Assembly (NCBI GenBank): GCA_963422645.2
Contig: CAXXVO010000013.1
Span: forward strand, 64,001 to 128,000
Source: Alphaproteobacteria bacterium
GTDB lineage: Bacteria; Pseudomonadota; Alphaproteobacteria; UBA828
DNA length: 64,000 nt
Direction of reading: 5' to 3'
The position numbers and the translations under genes were made by a program. Positions within the stretch are counted from its first letter, which is position 1. Each line of letters opens with the position of its first letter. This document shows positions 11,391 to 22,600 of this stretch, in pieces. The notes beneath the pieces were generated by a model that saw only the letters and a list, made by a program, of their open reading frames with translations, made no database searches and was not told the DNA's origin.

Positions 11391-12371
11391 TCACACCGCC
11401 TCGATGCTCGCCTCCGCGATGAGGCGGTTGATCGCGCGGCGCTCGTCCTGCGCCTCCTCCACGGAGACGGCGCGGAAGCGGTAGACGTCCCCCGGCTTCG
11501 ATTGCGCGAGCTTCCAGAACGCCGCAGACGGCACGGTGTAGGGGTTGATGAAGCCGCCGGTGCTCGGCCCGTCGTTGACCAGAATTATGGGCGTCTGGCC
11601 GCAGAGATTGACCGCGCCCACGGGATAGCCGTGGTCGAGGATGTTGGAGGGGTCCTCGCCGTGCTCGGGGCGCTTGTCGGTCGCCCTCGCCGTGAAGCTC
11701 CAAGCCGGCCCGTCGAGCCGAAAGCCCGTGCGGTTGCTCCGCGTCTGCACGGTCCAGTCGCTTTCCAGGAACCTGCGGTGGCCAGCCTCGTCGATCCAGT
11801 CGTCGTTGGGTCCGGGCACAGCCTCCATCTGCCACACCCGCTCGCTGCCGAGCGGCGGACGGCACTCGGGGCGCACGCGCCGGCCGGGCGTGCCCCCACC
11901 CGCGTCGCCGCCGAGCGGCAGGCTCTGTTCCGCCTTGAGCGCGTAGCCGTCGAGCCCGCCGATCCCGGCCTGGTGGAAGGTCGCGCGCGAGCCCAGCACC
12001 GGCGGCGTGTCGATGCCGCCCGCGACGGCGAGATAGGCGCGGGCGCCGAGGCGCGCGAAAGCCAGTGTCAGCACCTGGCCGGCGCGGACGGCAAAACTCT
12101 CCCACATGGGCGCCGGGGCGTTGTCCAGGGTGGACTGCATGTCGGCGCCGGTGACGGCGACCACGGCATCCCGGCCGAAGCGAAGTTTCGGGCCGGTGAA
12201 CTGGCATTCGAGGCCGGCGGCGTCCGGCGGGTTGCCCACCAGCAGGTTGGCGAGGCGGAAGGACCAGTCGTCCATCGGCCCTGAGAAGGGGAATCCCTGC
12301 TCCCAGTAGCCGATCCGCCCCGGCCAGTCCTGCACCGTGGTCTCGAGACCGGGCTTGATCACCTCCAGCAT
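11391..12371 (-). CDS. Biotin-dependent carboxyltransferase / allophanate hydrolase subunit 2 family (PxpC-like)
   Basis: MLEVIKPGLETTVQD, GPMD, ANLLVGN, VLGSRAT, SNRTGFRL, DGPSTGG. Confidence 0.88.
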   Translation of the reverse strand: MLEVIKPGLETTVQDWPGRIGYWEQGFPFSGPMDDWSFRLANLLVGNPPDAAGLECQFTGPKLRFGRDAVVAVTGADMQSTLDNAPAPMWESFAVRAGQVLTLAFARLGARAYLAVAGGIDTPPVLGSRATFHQAGIGGLDGYALKAEQSLPLGGDAGGGTPGRRVRPECRPPLGSERVWQMEAVPGPNDDWIDEAGHRRFLESDWTVQTRSNRTGFRLDGPAWSFTARATDKRPEHGEDPSNILDHGYPVGAVNLCGQTPIILVNDGPSTGGFINPYTVPSAAFWKLAQSKPGDVYRFRAVSVEEAQDERRAINRLIAEASIEAV

Positions 12372-12373
12372 GG

Positions 12374-13243
12374 CTAGAACCTGACCGTCTCGTCGATGGT
12401 GGCGAGCCACGTGTGGTAGTTGCTGATCGAGAAGCGCTGATACTCGGCCACGTTGTGGAGGTAGGTGCCGTCCTCGACCTGGGCGGCGACGTGGTCGTAC
12501 TCCTCGGCGCTGGCCGGGATGAAGCGCACGCGATCGCCGGGCCGGAAAAGCGCGAGGCTCTCCGCAAAGGCCGCGAGCCCTTGCGCGGGGTCCCAGATCG
12601 GCACTGGGGTCCGCGCGATCATTTGGTAGCCGCCCGGCGTCCGGTCCGGATAGATCGAGCAAAGCGCACCGCCGATGCCGATGGTGCCCTTGTAGGTCCA
12701 GGTGCGCGGCGGGTCGTACTTGGGCGCGGTCAGCCGGCAGCGTGGGTCGAGCGGCATCAGCGAGACCAGGCCGGGATAGAAACCCAGTGCCGCCATCCAG
12801 TAGTCGGTGCCGGAATGGACGCGGGCGAGCTGAGCCAGGTCAGCGAGGCCGTTGAGACGCGCCACCAGCTCCGGGTCGCGCTCCTTCGGCGCGATCTTCG
12901 CGCAATAGTCGTCGTAGCACGCGCGCGTCCACGGATCGAAGTAGCGGATCGGCAGGTAGAAGATCCGGCTGTCGAGCTCCAGCCCGTCGAGTGGCCCCAC
13001 AGCATGAAACAGCGCGCTCACCTCGGCCACGACATCGGCGTAGGAGATACGCTCGAAGTCGTAGCTGATCATGATCGACGTGAGTTCGGGCACGATCTCG
13101 ATGATCCCGGCGGGGCCGCTCTCGCGGATCAGCCTGGCGACGCTGTGCACGCGGAAGTTGAGATCGAAGCTCATCTCGTCGCCGAGCTCCATCTCGATGA
13201 AGCGGTCGCCGCCGGGCCTGAAGACCGGCTCCGCGAAGATCAT
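12374..13243 (-). CDS. Carboxyltransferase domain / allophanate hydrolase subunit 1 family (PxpB-like)
   Basis: RPGGDR, LGFYPG, PKYDPPRTWT, TPGGYQMIARTP, RPGDRVRF. Confidence 0.85.
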   Translation of the reverse strand: MIFAEPVFRPGGDRFIEMELGDEMSFDLNFRVHSVARLIRESGPAGIIEIVPELTSIMISYDFERISYADVVAEVSALFHAVGPLDGLELDSRIFYLPIRYFDPWTRACYDDYCAKIAPKERDPELVARLNGLADLAQLARVHSGTDYWMAALGFYPGLVSLMPLDPRCRLTAPKYDPPRTWTYKGTIGIGGALCSIYPDRTPGGYQMIARTPVPIWDPAQGLAAFAESLALFRPGDRVRFIPASAEEYDHVAAQVEDGTYLHNVAEYQRFSISNYHTWLATIDETVRF

Positions 13244-13330
13244 GAATACGCCTCCCCGCCTAGCCGCACCGGCGGGCCTTGGCGCGGTTTAAACGGTCGC
13301 CGCGCGCTCCGCGATCCGGCGGAGGGCGCA

Positions 13331-14056
13331 TCACCCGGTGCGCTCTCGCCCACCATGGGTGAAGCGCCAAGCGTAGGCACCGAGCGCCATGCCGATCAAG
13401 GGGCCGACGATGTAGATCCAGTAGTGGGTGAAGTCGCCCATCGCGACATAGGGGCCGAAAGCCCGCGCGGGATTCATCGCGGCGCCTGCGACCGGGCCCA
13501 TCAGCATCACCTCGATGCCGACCACCGCGCCCACCGCGACGCCCGCAAAGGGGCCGTGCGCCCGCTTGTCGAGGCCAACGCCGGCAACCACCCACATCAG
13601 CAGGAACGAGAGGAAGAGCTCGATCAGGAACGCCGTCAGCGGCGTGATGCCGATGGCGGCATTGGGCAGGTTCGCGCCCATCGCGCCGTGATCGCCGAGT
13701 GCCCACAGCAGGCACAGTGCCGCCAGCACCGAGCCCGCGAGTTGCGCCAGCGCGTAGCCTGGGACGAGGCGCCAGTCGAGATGGCCAATCAGCGCCGCCG
13801 CAATCGAGAGCGCCGGATTGACGTGGGCGCCGGAGACGTGGCCGAAGGCATAGATGACGACCGTGATGATCAGGCCCGAGATCAGACCGGGGCCGATGAC
13901 GCCGAGCGTGCCGCCCATCTTGGCGTCCACGACCACGGCACCGGCGGCGAAGAAGACCAGCGAGAACGTGCCGATGAACTCGCAGCAGTAGCGCCGCAGG
14001 TCGCTTGGTCGCGCACCCGCTGGCAGCCGCGAGCGTGGCGTGGCTTGATCACTCAT
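13331..14056 (-). CDS. MIP family channel (aquaporin, NIP-like)
   Basis: EFIGTF, SGAHVNPA and AMNPARAFGP; six hydrophobic segments. Confidence 0.93.
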   Translation of the reverse strand: MSDQATPRSRLPAGARPSDLRRYCCEFIGTFSLVFFAAGAVVVDAKMGGTLGVIGPGLISGLIITVVIYAFGHVSGAHVNPALSIAAALIGHLDWRLVPGYALAQLAGSVLAALCLLWALGDHGAMGANLPNAAIGITPLTAFLIELFLSFLLMWVVAGVGLDKRAHGPFAGVAVGAVVGIEVMLMGPVAGAAMNPARAFGPYVAMGDFTHYWIYIVGPLIGMALGAYAWRFTHGGRERTG

Positions 14057-14113
14057 GGGACCGGAGAATAGCCGGCATTGCCGCCCCGCCAATCCGTCGC
14101 GGGCGGCGTGTGC

Positions 14114-16768
14114 TCAGGCGGCGTCCGCGAGCGCCTTTTCGATGGCCTTGAGGGCGTCGTCCAGACGCTCGCCCTCCGGCCCGCCGGCTTGCGCCATGTC
14201 GGCCCGGCCGCCGCCGCCCTTGCCCCCGACCGCCGCAGCGCCCGCACGTGCGAGATCGACCGCGCTCACGCGGGCGGTGAGATCGTCGGTGACGCCGACC
14301 GTGAGTGCGGCCTTGCCATCGGTCCGGCTCACCACGGCGTAGACGCCTGAGCCCATGCGCTGCTTCAGGTCGTCCACCATGGCGCGCAACTCCTTCGGCC
14401 GGGCGCCATCGAGCGAGCGGCCGACGAAGGAGACCCCGGCAATCTCCCGGGCATCTTCCGTGGCGCCGCCGCCACCGGTGTCGAGCGCGTGGCGAGTCTC
14501 CTCGAGCGTGCGTTCGAGCTTCTTGTGCTCACCCATCAGCGTGCCGATGCGCCCGGCAAGCTCGGCCGGCGGCACCTTGAGCGCCGCCGCGGCCTCCCTG
14601 AGGGCGGATTCGAGCTCGACACCGTGGCGGCGTGCCGCCTCGCCGGTAAGCGCCTCGATCCGTCTGACGCCGGCGGCGCTCGCCGATTCGCTTACGATGC
14701 GGAAGAGCCCGATATCGCCGGTGCGCTCCACGTGGGTGCCGCCGCAGAGCTCGACCGAGTAGGGTGCGTCCGAGCCATTCTCGCCATAGCCCATGGAGAC
14801 GACGCGCACCTCCTCGCCGTATTTCTCGCCGAAGAGCGCGAGCGCGCCGGCCTCGGTCGCCTCGTCCGGGCTCATCAGGCGGGTGACGAGGGGAGTGTTC
14901 CGTCGGACCAGCCGGTTGACCTCCGCCTCGATGTCTTCGAGCGCGTTGGCCGAGACCGCACCGGGGTGGCTGATGTCGAAACGCAGGCGGTCGGGCGCAA
15001 CCAGCGAACCCTTCTGCGTGACGTGATCGCCGAGGGCGCGGCGGAGCGCCGCGTGCAGCAAGTGGGTGGCCGAGTGGTTGGCGCGGAGCGCGGTGCGCCG
15101 TGCCCCGTCCACGGCGAGCACCACCGCGTCTTCCACGGCAAGCGTGCCTTCCTCGACGGTGCCGTGGTGGACATGGAGGCCGTCGGCCTCGCGGCGCGTA
15201 TCGCTCACGCGGACCCGGGCGCCATCCGCTGAGACGATCGTGCCGGTGTCGCCGACCTGCCCACCGGCCTCGGCGTAGAAGGGTGTCTGGTTGACGACCA
15301 GCGCCACCGTGTCGCCGGCCCCCGCGCGCACGGTCTCGGCCCCGTCTGCCACCAGCGCCTGGACCACGCCTTCCGCGCACTCCGTGCCGTAGCCCAGGAA
15401 CTCGGTTGCGCCGACCCGCTCGCGAATGCCGAACCAGACCGCATCGCTCGCCGAATCGCCCGAGCCCGCCCAGGCGCGGCGCGCCGCCTCGCGCTGCCGC
15501 TCCATGCAGACCTCGAAGCCCTCGCGCTCGACCGCACGCCCCTCGGCGCGGAGCGCATCCTCGGTGAGATCGAGGGGGAAGCCGTAGGTATCGTAGAGCT
15601 TGAACGCGGTCTCGCCCGGCAGCGGTGCGCCGGCGGCGAGGCCGGCGGTCGCGTCGTCCAGCAGGCGGAGGCCCCTGGCGAGGGTTTCCTTGAAGCGGGT
15701 CTCCTCCAGTTTGAGAGTCTCGGTGATGAGCGGCTCGGCAGGCGCGAGCTCGCTGAAGGCCAGGCCCATCTCGCGCACGAGCGTCGGCACCAGGCGCCAC
15801 ATCAACGGCTCGGTGCAGCCCATCAGCTGGGCGTGGCGCATGGCGCGCCGCATGATCCGCCGGAGCACGTAGCCCCGCCCCTCGTTCGACGGCATCACGC
15901 CGTCGGCAATCAGGAAGGCGCTTGCCCGCAGATGATCGGCCACCACCCGGTGGGAGGCCCGGTGCGCGCCTTCCTCCGGCGCGCCGCTCAACTCCACGCT
16001 CGCGGCAATCAGGTTCCTGAACAGGTCGGTCTCGTAGTTGTCGTGCGTGCCCTGCATGATCGCGGCGATCCGCTCGAGCCCCATGCCGGTGTCGATCGAT
16101 GGTCTGGGCAGATCGATCCGCTCGTCAGGCGTGACCTGCTCGAACTGCATGAACACCAGGTTCCAGATCTCGACGAAGCGGTCGCCATCCTGATCGGCGC
16201 TGCCGGGCGGGCCGCCCGCCACGTGCGGCCCGTGATCGTAGAAGATCTCGGAGCAGGGGCCGCAGGGGCCGGTCTCGCCCATGGCCCAGAAATTGTCCGA
16301 GGTCGGGATGCGTATGACTCGTTCTTCGGGCAGCCCTGCGATCTTGCGCCAGAGCCTGTGGGCCTCGTCATCCTCGGCGAAGACCGTGACCACGAGGCGC
16401 TCTTCCGGCAGGCCGTAGTCCTTCGTGACCAGCCGCCAGGCGAGCTCGATGGCGCGCTCCTTGAAGTAGTCGCCGAACGAGAAGTTGCCCAGCATCTCAA
16501 AGAAGGTGTGGTGGCGCGCGGTGTAGCCGACGTTGTCCAGGTCGTTGTGCTTGCCGCCCGCGCGTACGCACTTCTGGGAGGTGGCGGCGCGCCGGTAAGA
16601 TCGAGTTTCGTTGCCGGTGAAGACGTTCTTGAACTGCACCATGCCGGCGTTGGTGAACATCAAGGTCGGGTCGTTGCGCGGCACGAGCGGGCTCGAGTCG
16701 ACGACCTCGTGCTCGTTGTCGGCGAAATAGTCGAGAAACTGCGCGCGAATATCGTTGACGCTCGGCAT
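14114..16768 (-). CDS. alaS: Alanine--tRNA ligase
   Basis: [49 protein letters not shown]. Confidence 0.98.
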   Translation of the reverse strand: MPSVNDIRAQFLDYFADNEHEVVDSSPLVPRNDPTLMFTNAGMVQFKNVFTGNETRSYRRAATSQKCVRAGGKHNDLDNVGYTARHHTFFEMLGNFSFGDYFKERAIELAWRLVTKDYGLPEERLVVTVFAEDDEAHRLWRKIAGLPEERVIRIPTSDNFWAMGETGPCGPCSEIFYDHGPHVAGGPPGSADQDGDRFVEIWNLVFMQFEQVTPDERIDLPRPSIDTGMGLERIAAIMQGTHDNYETDLFRNLIAASVELSGAPEEGAHRASHRVVADHLRASAFLIADGVMPSNEGRGYVLRRIMRRAMRHAQLMGCTEPLMWRLVPTLVREMGLAFSELAPAEPLITETLKLEETRFKETLARGLRLLDDATAGLAAGAPLPGETAFKLYDTYGFPLDLTEDALRAEGRAVEREGFEVCMERQREAARRAWAGSGDSASDAVWFGIRERVGATEFLGYGTECAEGVVQALVADGAETVRAGAGDTVALVVNQTPFYAEAGGQVGDTGTIVSADGARVRVSDTRREADGLHVHHGTVEEGTLAVEDAVVLAVDGARRTALRANHSATHLLHAALRRALGDHVTQKGSLVAPDRLRFDISHPGAVSANALEDIEAEVNRLVRRNTPLVTRLMSPDEATEAGALALFGEKYGEEVRVVSMGYGENGSDAPYSVELCGGTHVERTGDIGLFRIVSESASAAGVRRIEALTGEAARRHGVELESALREAAAALKVPPAELAGRIGTLMGEHKKLERTLEETRHALDTGGGGATEDAREIAGVSFVGRSLDGARPKELRAMVDDLKQRMGSGVYAVVSRTDGKAALTVGVTDDLTARVSAVDLARAGAAAVGGKGGGGRADMAQAGGPEGERLDDALKAIEKALADAA

Positions 16769-16905
16769 GGGGCGGCCCTGCACCTTTCCCGGGCAGCGGT
16801 CGGCCCGGCGCTTGGATGCCCGCTACTTAGTGCGGCTTTGGCGGCCTGTCCAGATTGGCGCGGGTCATCGCGCGTCAGCGTTCGCCCACTCCGCTCCCGA
16901 GCTCG

Positions 16906-17988
16906 CTATACGCCCTGGGCGCCGTGCTCGGGTTGAACCTCGGCAATGGGCGGCGCCTCGCCTGCGCCATCGAGACCGGCGTGCCGGCGGATAGCGCGGT
17001 TGATCGCATCCGCCGCCTCGGCATTCTCGGCGAGAAAGCGCTTGGCGTTCTCGCGGCCCTGGCCGATGCGCGTGCTGTCGTGGGAATACCAGGAGCCCGA
17101 TTTTTCGACGACGCCGGCCTTGAGCCCGTGGTCGATGAGCTCGCCGGTGCGCGAGATGCCCTCGCCGTACATGATGTCAAACTCGACCAGGCGGAAAGGC
17201 GGCGCGAGCTTGTTCTTGACCACCTTCACCCGTGTCTGGTTGCCGACGACCTCGTCCCGGTCCTTGACGGCGCCGATGCGGCGGATGTCGAGCCGCACCG
17301 ATGCATAGAACTTCAGTGCGTTGCCGCCGGTTGTGGTCTCGGGGCTGCCGTACATCACGCCGATCTTCATGCGGATCTGGTTGATGAAGACGACGCAACA
17401 GTGCGAGCGCGCGATCGAGGCGGTGAGCTTGCGCAGCGCCTGGCTCATCAGACGCGCCTGCAGCCCGACGTGGGAATCGCCCATCTCACCCTCGAGCTCG
17501 GCGCGGGGCACGAGTGCGGCGACACTGTCGATCACCACCAGGTCGATGGCGCCGGAACGGACCAGCGTATCCGTGATCTCGAGCGCCTGCTCGCCGGCAT
17601 CCGGCTGCGCAATCAAAAGCTCTTCCACATTGACGTCGAGCTTGCCGGCATAAATTGGATCGAGCGCGTGCTCGGCGTCGATGAAGGCGCAGGTGCCGCC
17701 AAGCTTCTGGGCTTCGGCGACGCAGGAGAGCGCCAGCGTCGTCTTGCCCGAGCTCTCGGGCCCGTAGATTTCGACGACCCTGCCGCGCGGCAAGCCACCG
17801 ATGCCGAGCGCCACGTCGAGCCCGATGGAGCCGGTCGGGATCGCCTCGATCTCGACCGCGGCGCCATCGCCGAGCTTCATGATCGAGCCCTTGCCGAACG
17901 CCCGCTCGATCTGGCCGAGCGCCGCGTCTAATGCCTTCTGCTTGTCCATTGAACCCTCTGACACCACGCGAAGCGCCGTATTGGCCAT
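16906..17988 (-). CDS. recA: Recombinase RecA
   Basis: [33 protein letters not shown]; AAGGAGG RBS. Confidence 0.99.
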   Translation of the reverse strand: MANTALRVVSEGSMDKQKALDAALGQIERAFGKGSIMKLGDGAAVEIEAIPTGSIGLDVALGIGGLPRGRVVEIYGPESSGKTTLALSCVAEAQKLGGTCAFIDAEHALDPIYAGKLDVNVEELLIAQPDAGEQALEITDTLVRSGAIDLVVIDSVAALVPRAELEGEMGDSHVGLQARLMSQALRKLTASIARSHCCVVFINQIRMKIGVMYGSPETTTGGNALKFYASVRLDIRRIGAVKDRDEVVGNQTRVKVVKNKLAPPFRLVEFDIMYGEGISRTGELIDHGLKAGVVEKSGSWYSHDSTRIGQGRENAKRFLAENAEAADAINRAIRRHAGLDGAGEAPPIAEVQPEHGAQGV

Positions 17989-18047
17989 CACCGCCTCCTT
18001 ATTTCACACAGGCAAAACCGATGCAATGCGACTGCGATATTACTTAT

Positions 18048-18062
18048 GTACCCTATTTGTTC
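18048..18062 (-). promoter_or_regulatory. Alphaproteobacterial LexA (SOS) box upstream of recA
   Basis: The minus strand reads GAAC-AAATAGG-GTAC, i.e. GAAC-N7-GTAC, a known variant of the alpha GAAC-N7-GAAC box, about 60 bp upstream of recA. Confidence 0.8.
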
Positions 18063-18135
18063 TCTACTCGCAACCCCTCATTTCATCGCCGCCCGCGCGT
18101 GGCCGCGCTATGATAGGCGCGACTTCCCGCCGAAC

Positions 18136-18212
18136 GGGCCCGTAGTTCAATTGGTTAGAACCCGCCGCTCATAACGGCGTTGTTGCAGGTTCGAGTCCTG
18201 CCGGGCCCACCA
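18136..18212 (+). tRNA. tRNA with CAT anticodon, most likely tRNA-Ile2 (lysidine-modified)
   Basis: GGGCCCG/CGGGCCC acceptor stem, CTCATAA anticodon loop, GTTCGAGTC T-loop, encoded CCA. It has a paired G1-C72 and no three consecutive G-C pairs at the base of the anticodon stem, so it is not fMet. Confidence 0.93.
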
Positions 18213-18317
18213 GCTCCCGTCCTGCCGGTGCAATCCGCCGGGAAACCGTATATGCACCGGCCCTGACGCGCGCGGAGTGAGCGCCGGCCGACTGAGGGAT
18301 TTGAACGAGAGGCAACG

Positions 18318-19703
18318 ATGGCGGAATTCGACCTTCTGGTGATCGGCGGCGGCTCGGGCGGCGTGGCCTGCGCCAGGCGCGCGGCTGGCTACGGCGCGCG
18401 GGCGGCAGTGATCGAGAACGACCGGCTCGGCGGCACCTGCGTCCACCGGGGCTGCATCCCCAAGAAGCTCCTGGTCTACGCCTCGCACTTCAGCCACGAC
18501 TTCGAGGACGCCGCGGGCTACGGCTGGACCGTGGGCGAGCGCGCCTTCGACTGGCCGGCGATGGTAGAGGCCAAGTCGGCCGAGCTCGACCGGTTGGAAG
18601 GCATCTACGAGCGCTTGCTACGCAACGCCAGCGCCACGTACATCCCCGGCACCGGCCGCCTGCTCGACGCCCACACGGTTGCCGTGGGGGACGAGACGCA
18701 CCGCGCCGAGACCATCGTGATCGCCACCGGCGGCCGGCCGACCATGCCCGCTATCCCCGGCATCGAGCACGCCATCAGCTCGGACGAGATGTTCGATCTG
18801 CCGGCGCTGCCCGAGCGTATGGTGATCGTGGGCGGCGGCTACATCGCCTGCGAGTTTGCCTGCATCATGCAGGGCCTCGGCTCTTCTGTGACCCAGCTCT
18901 ACCGGCGCGACCTGCCCTTGCGCGGTTTCGACCTCGACCTGCGCGAAGTGCTCTGCGAGGAGATGCGCAAGGGCGGGGTCGACCTCAGGCTCAACACCAA
19001 CGCGGTTTCGCTCAGCCGCAAGGGGTCGGCGATCGCGGTCGCGACGACGACCGGCGAGACCATCGAGGCGGACCAGGTGCTGTTCGCCACCGGGCGGAAG
19101 CCCAATGTCGCCGGCCTTGGGCTCGAGACAGCAGGCATCGAGCCCACCGAAGGAGGTGCCATCCCGGTCGACGGGTCGTCGCACACGGGCGTCGCCAACA
19201 TTTATGCCATCGGCGACGTCACCGACCGCATCAACCTGACGCCAGTGGCGATCCACGAGGGCCGCTGCATTGCCGAGACCCTCTACAACGACAACCCGCA
19301 GCAGCCGGATCACCGCGACGTCGCAACGGCGGTCTTCACCACGCCCGAGCTCGGCTCGGTGGGGCTCGCCGAGGAGGAAGCCCGGCAGGCCTTCCCCGCC
19401 GTGGACATCTACAAGACCCGGTTCCGCCCGCTCAAGCACACCCTGACTTCGCGGCAAGAGACCATCTTCATGAAGCTCGTCGTCGACCGCGCCTCGGGCC
19501 GAGTGGTAGGCTGCCACATGGTGGGCAACGGCGCAGGCGAAGCCGTGCAGCTACTCGGCATCGCCGTCAAGGCTGGCGCGACCAAGGCCCAGTTCGACGC
19601 AACCATGGCGGTGCACCCGACTGCGGCGGAGGAGTTCGTCACCATGTACGAGCCGGTGCCGGAGCCCGCAGACCCGGCTGCCGCCGAGGCCGCTCAAGCG
19701 TGA
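18318..19703 (+). CDS. gor: Glutathione-disulfide reductase
   Basis: GGGSGG, GGTCVHRGCIPKK, GGGYIA, HPTAAEE. Confidence 0.95.
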   Translation: MAEFDLLVIGGGSGGVACARRAAGYGARAAVIENDRLGGTCVHRGCIPKKLLVYASHFSHDFEDAAGYGWTVGERAFDWPAMVEAKSAELDRLEGIYERLLRNASATYIPGTGRLLDAHTVAVGDETHRAETIVIATGGRPTMPAIPGIEHAISSDEMFDLPALPERMVIVGGGYIACEFACIMQGLGSSVTQLYRRDLPLRGFDLDLREVLCEEMRKGGVDLRLNTNAVSLSRKGSAIAVATTTGETIEADQVLFATGRKPNVAGLGLETAGIEPTEGGAIPVDGSSHTGVANIYAIGDVTDRINLTPVAIHEGRCIAETLYNDNPQQPDHRDVATAVFTTPELGSVGLAEEEARQAFPAVDIYKTRFRPLKHTLTSRQETIFMKLVVDRASGRVVGCHMVGNGAGEAVQLLGIAVKAGATKAQFDATMAVHPTAAEEFVTMYEPVPEPADPAAAEAAQA

Positions 19704-19808
19704 CGCAGGCATAGGCCGGCCCGGATGAAGCAGAGGAAAATGCTGGCACGACGGGCGGTTCGGGCGTATAGCACCGCAACAACGCGATAATTTCCGCGGG
19801 AGAAGGAT

Positions 19809-21191
19809 ATGCCCGGCACGTGGAATCCCGGCCGCTGGCGCGGACTGCCGGTCAAGCAGCAGCCGCAATGGCCCGATTTGGCCGCACTCGCCTCGGCCGA
19901 GGAACGCCTTCAGACGTCACCCCCGTTGGTCTTCGCCGGCGAGGCGCGCAGGCTGCGCGAGCGCCTGGCACGGGTCTGTGAAGGCCAGGCCTTCCTTCTG
20001 CAGGGTGGCGATTGCGCCGAGAGCTTCGCCGAGTTCCACCCCGACACCGTGCGCGACACCTTCCGGGTGCTGCTGCAAATGGCGGTGGTGCTGACCTATG
20101 GCGCCAAGGTGCCCGTGATCAAGGTGGGCAGGCTGGCGGGCCAGTTCGCCAAGCCACGCTCGTCGGACACTGAGACCGTGGATGGCACGACGCTCCCCGC
20201 CTATCGCGGCGACATGGTCAATGGCATGGCCTTCGACGAGGAAGAGCGGACGCCCGTGCCGCAACGCCTAGTCCGGGCCTACGGCCAGTCCGCGTCGACC
20301 CTAAACCTGCTGCGCGCGCTCGCCCAGGGCGGCTATGCCAACCTCCACGCCGTGCACCGCTGGAACCTGGGCTTCGTCGCCGAGAGCACGCAAGGCACGC
20401 GCTACGAGGCTCTAGCCACTCAGATCGGCGAGACGCTCGACTTCATGGAGGCTTGCGGGCTCACCGAGGAAACCTCGCCCCAGATTCGGGAGACCGAGTT
20501 CTACACCTCTCACGAGGCCCTGATCCTCGCGTACGAGCAGGCGCTGACCAGAATCGATTCCACCACCGGCGAGTGGTACGACTGCTCGGCGCACATGCTC
20601 TGGATCGGTGACCGCACGCGCCAGCCGGACGGCGCCCACGTGGACTTCCTGAGCGGCGTCGGCAACCCCATCGGGCTCAAGGCAGGCCCGAGCCTGGAGC
20701 CGGATGGCCTGCTCGCCCTCATCGACCGACTCAACCCGCACAACCAGCCCGGCAAGCTCACCGTCATCGCGCGCATGGGGCACGAGGCCGTCGAAGGCAA
20801 GCTGCCGCCCCTGGTGCGGGCGGTGCGGCGGGAAGGCCGGCACGTGCTCTGGGCCTGCGATCCGATGCACGGCAATACGATCAAGTCGTCCAACGGCTAC
20901 AAGACCCGCGTCTTCGACCAGGTCCTGTCGGAGGTGCGCGGCTTCTTCGCGGTGCACCGGGCCGAGGGCACGCACCCCGGCGGAGTCCACTTCGAGATGA
21001 CCGGACAGGACGTGACCGAGTGCCTGGGCGGTGCCCAGGCGATCACGGAGGAAGATCTCTCCAGCCGATACCACACCCACTGCGACCCACGGCTCAACGC
21101 CTCGCAGGCGCTGGAGCTCGCCTTCCTTATCGCTGAACATCTGAGGGAGGAGCGAGCGGCCATCGTCCAGCCAAGGGCGCTGCACGGCTAG
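19809..21191 (+). CDS. Class II 3-deoxy-7-phosphoheptulonate (DAHP) synthase
   Basis: [44 protein letters not shown]. Confidence 0.96.
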   Translation: MPGTWNPGRWRGLPVKQQPQWPDLAALASAEERLQTSPPLVFAGEARRLRERLARVCEGQAFLLQGGDCAESFAEFHPDTVRDTFRVLLQMAVVLTYGAKVPVIKVGRLAGQFAKPRSSDTETVDGTTLPAYRGDMVNGMAFDEEERTPVPQRLVRAYGQSASTLNLLRALAQGGYANLHAVHRWNLGFVAESTQGTRYEALATQIGETLDFMEACGLTEETSPQIRETEFYTSHEALILAYEQALTRIDSTTGEWYDCSAHMLWIGDRTRQPDGAHVDFLSGVGNPIGLKAGPSLEPDGLLALIDRLNPHNQPGKLTVIARMGHEAVEGKLPPLVRAVRREGRHVLWACDPMHGNTIKSSNGYKTRVFDQVLSEVRGFFAVHRAEGTHPGGVHFEMTGQDVTECLGGAQAITEEDLSSRYHTHCDPRLNASQALELAFLIAEHLREERAAIVQPRALHG

Positions 21192-21211
21192 AGGTGCCGG
21201 GGCCCACGACG

Positions 21212-22366
21212 ATGCCCCACAACGGCCCCCCCGACCGCGAGGTCGCTCGCTACACCGACCGCTACTTCACGCGCACGCGCGAAGCGGTCGGCCGCTTCGG
21301 CGACGCCCGGGTCACCTATGCGCTCTTCATGCGGCGGCCGGTCTGTTTCGCGCCCCGCCTGATGATTGAGTGGCTGGAAGCGGTTGCTGCCGAGCGTGAC
21401 ACCGAGTTCACCGTCGAATGCCAATTCGAGGAGGGCGAGTGGGTCGGCGCGGGCGAGCCGCTCATCTATCTCTCGGGCTCCTTCCGTCACCTGGTCGATC
21501 TGGAGACGCTCTACCTGCAGCGGCTGGGCGCCACCTGCGTCGCCGCCTACAACGCCTACGCCATGTCGCGGAGCCTGCCCACGGTTGCGTTCCTGGCGAT
21601 GGACGCACGCCATTGCGCGGGCCTGGAGATGGCCGAGATGATGGCCTACGCCGCAAGCGTCGGCTCGAATACGGCGAAGCAGGAGTGCGGCGCGGTCGGC
21701 TTCATCGGCAACGCCACCGACGCGACCGCCCACTACTTCGGCAATCAGCGGGGCTACGGCACCATGCCCCACGCCTTCATCGGCTACGCGGGCTCGACCC
21801 TCCGCGCCGCCGAGATGTATCACGAGATCTTCGCGGGCGAGCCGATGACCGTGCTCGTCGACTATTACGGGCAGGAGATCACCGACACGCTCGCCGTGTG
21901 CCGGCGCTTCCCCGACCTCGTCGCGCGCGGCGAGCTGAGCATCCGCCTCGATACCCACGGCAGCCGCTATGTCGAGGGCCTGGACATGGCGAAGTCCTAC
22001 GCCGTGCTGGAGCGCTATAGCCCCAACGCGGTGCGCGAATACCGCACCGAGGCGGAGCTGCGCTGGTTGCACGGCACCGGCGTCAGCGCCGCGGCGCTCT
22101 TCCACCTGCGCATGGCAATCGACGAGGCCGGCTTCGAGCAGGTGAAGATCGTCGCGAGCTCCGGCTTCGGCCCGGCCAAGTGCAGGGTCATGGCCAGCGT
22201 GAGTGCGCCCATCGACGTGATCGGCACGGGCTCGTTCCTGCCCGAGAATTGGTCCGAGACCTTCGCGACAGCAGACGTGGTGGACTACAACGGCACCGCG
22301 CGGGTCAAGCTCGGCCGCGAGTTCCTGCTGCGCAATGGCGCAGACGGATCGCCCCGCTCACGCTAG
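21212..22366 (+). CDS. pncB: Nicotinate phosphoribosyltransferase
   Basis: TDRYF, MDARH, GTMPHA, VLVDY, IRLDT, IVASSGF; directly upstream of nadE. Confidence 0.8.
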   Translation: MPHNGPPDREVARYTDRYFTRTREAVGRFGDARVTYALFMRRPVCFAPRLMIEWLEAVAAERDTEFTVECQFEEGEWVGAGEPLIYLSGSFRHLVDLETLYLQRLGATCVAAYNAYAMSRSLPTVAFLAMDARHCAGLEMAEMMAYAASVGSNTAKQECGAVGFIGNATDATAHYFGNQRGYGTMPHAFIGYAGSTLRAAEMYHEIFAGEPMTVLVDYYGQEITDTLAVCRRFPDLVARGELSIRLDTHGSRYVEGLDMAKSYAVLERYSPNAVREYRTEAELRWLHGTGVSAAALFHLRMAIDEAGFEQVKIVASSGFGPAKCRVMASVSAPIDVIGTGSFLPENWSETFATADVVDYNGTARVKLGREFLLRNGADGSPRSR

Positions 22367-22600
22367 AGCGCGTCCGTCTCTGGTGGACGCGCGACAGGCC
22401 GCGACCGCGGCCCGCCGCTCCTGCGGCGCCCGCGCGGAGGCGCCGGCCGCAGGCCGGCTGCCGTGAGCGATAAAGTGCGAGAGCGTTTCCGTGCGAAAGG
22501 GAAAAGCTCGAGCAAGCGACCGCCGGGACCACGCGAGCCGGGCGAACATTGACAATCGGGGCCGGCAGCCGCCGGCTCCTTTGTGTATAACCGGCCGACC

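Noticed and set aside
18136-18317. tRNA as the integration site of an island
   Set aside because: No integrase follows and no duplicated tRNA 3' end was noticed; the flanks are housekeeping genes.
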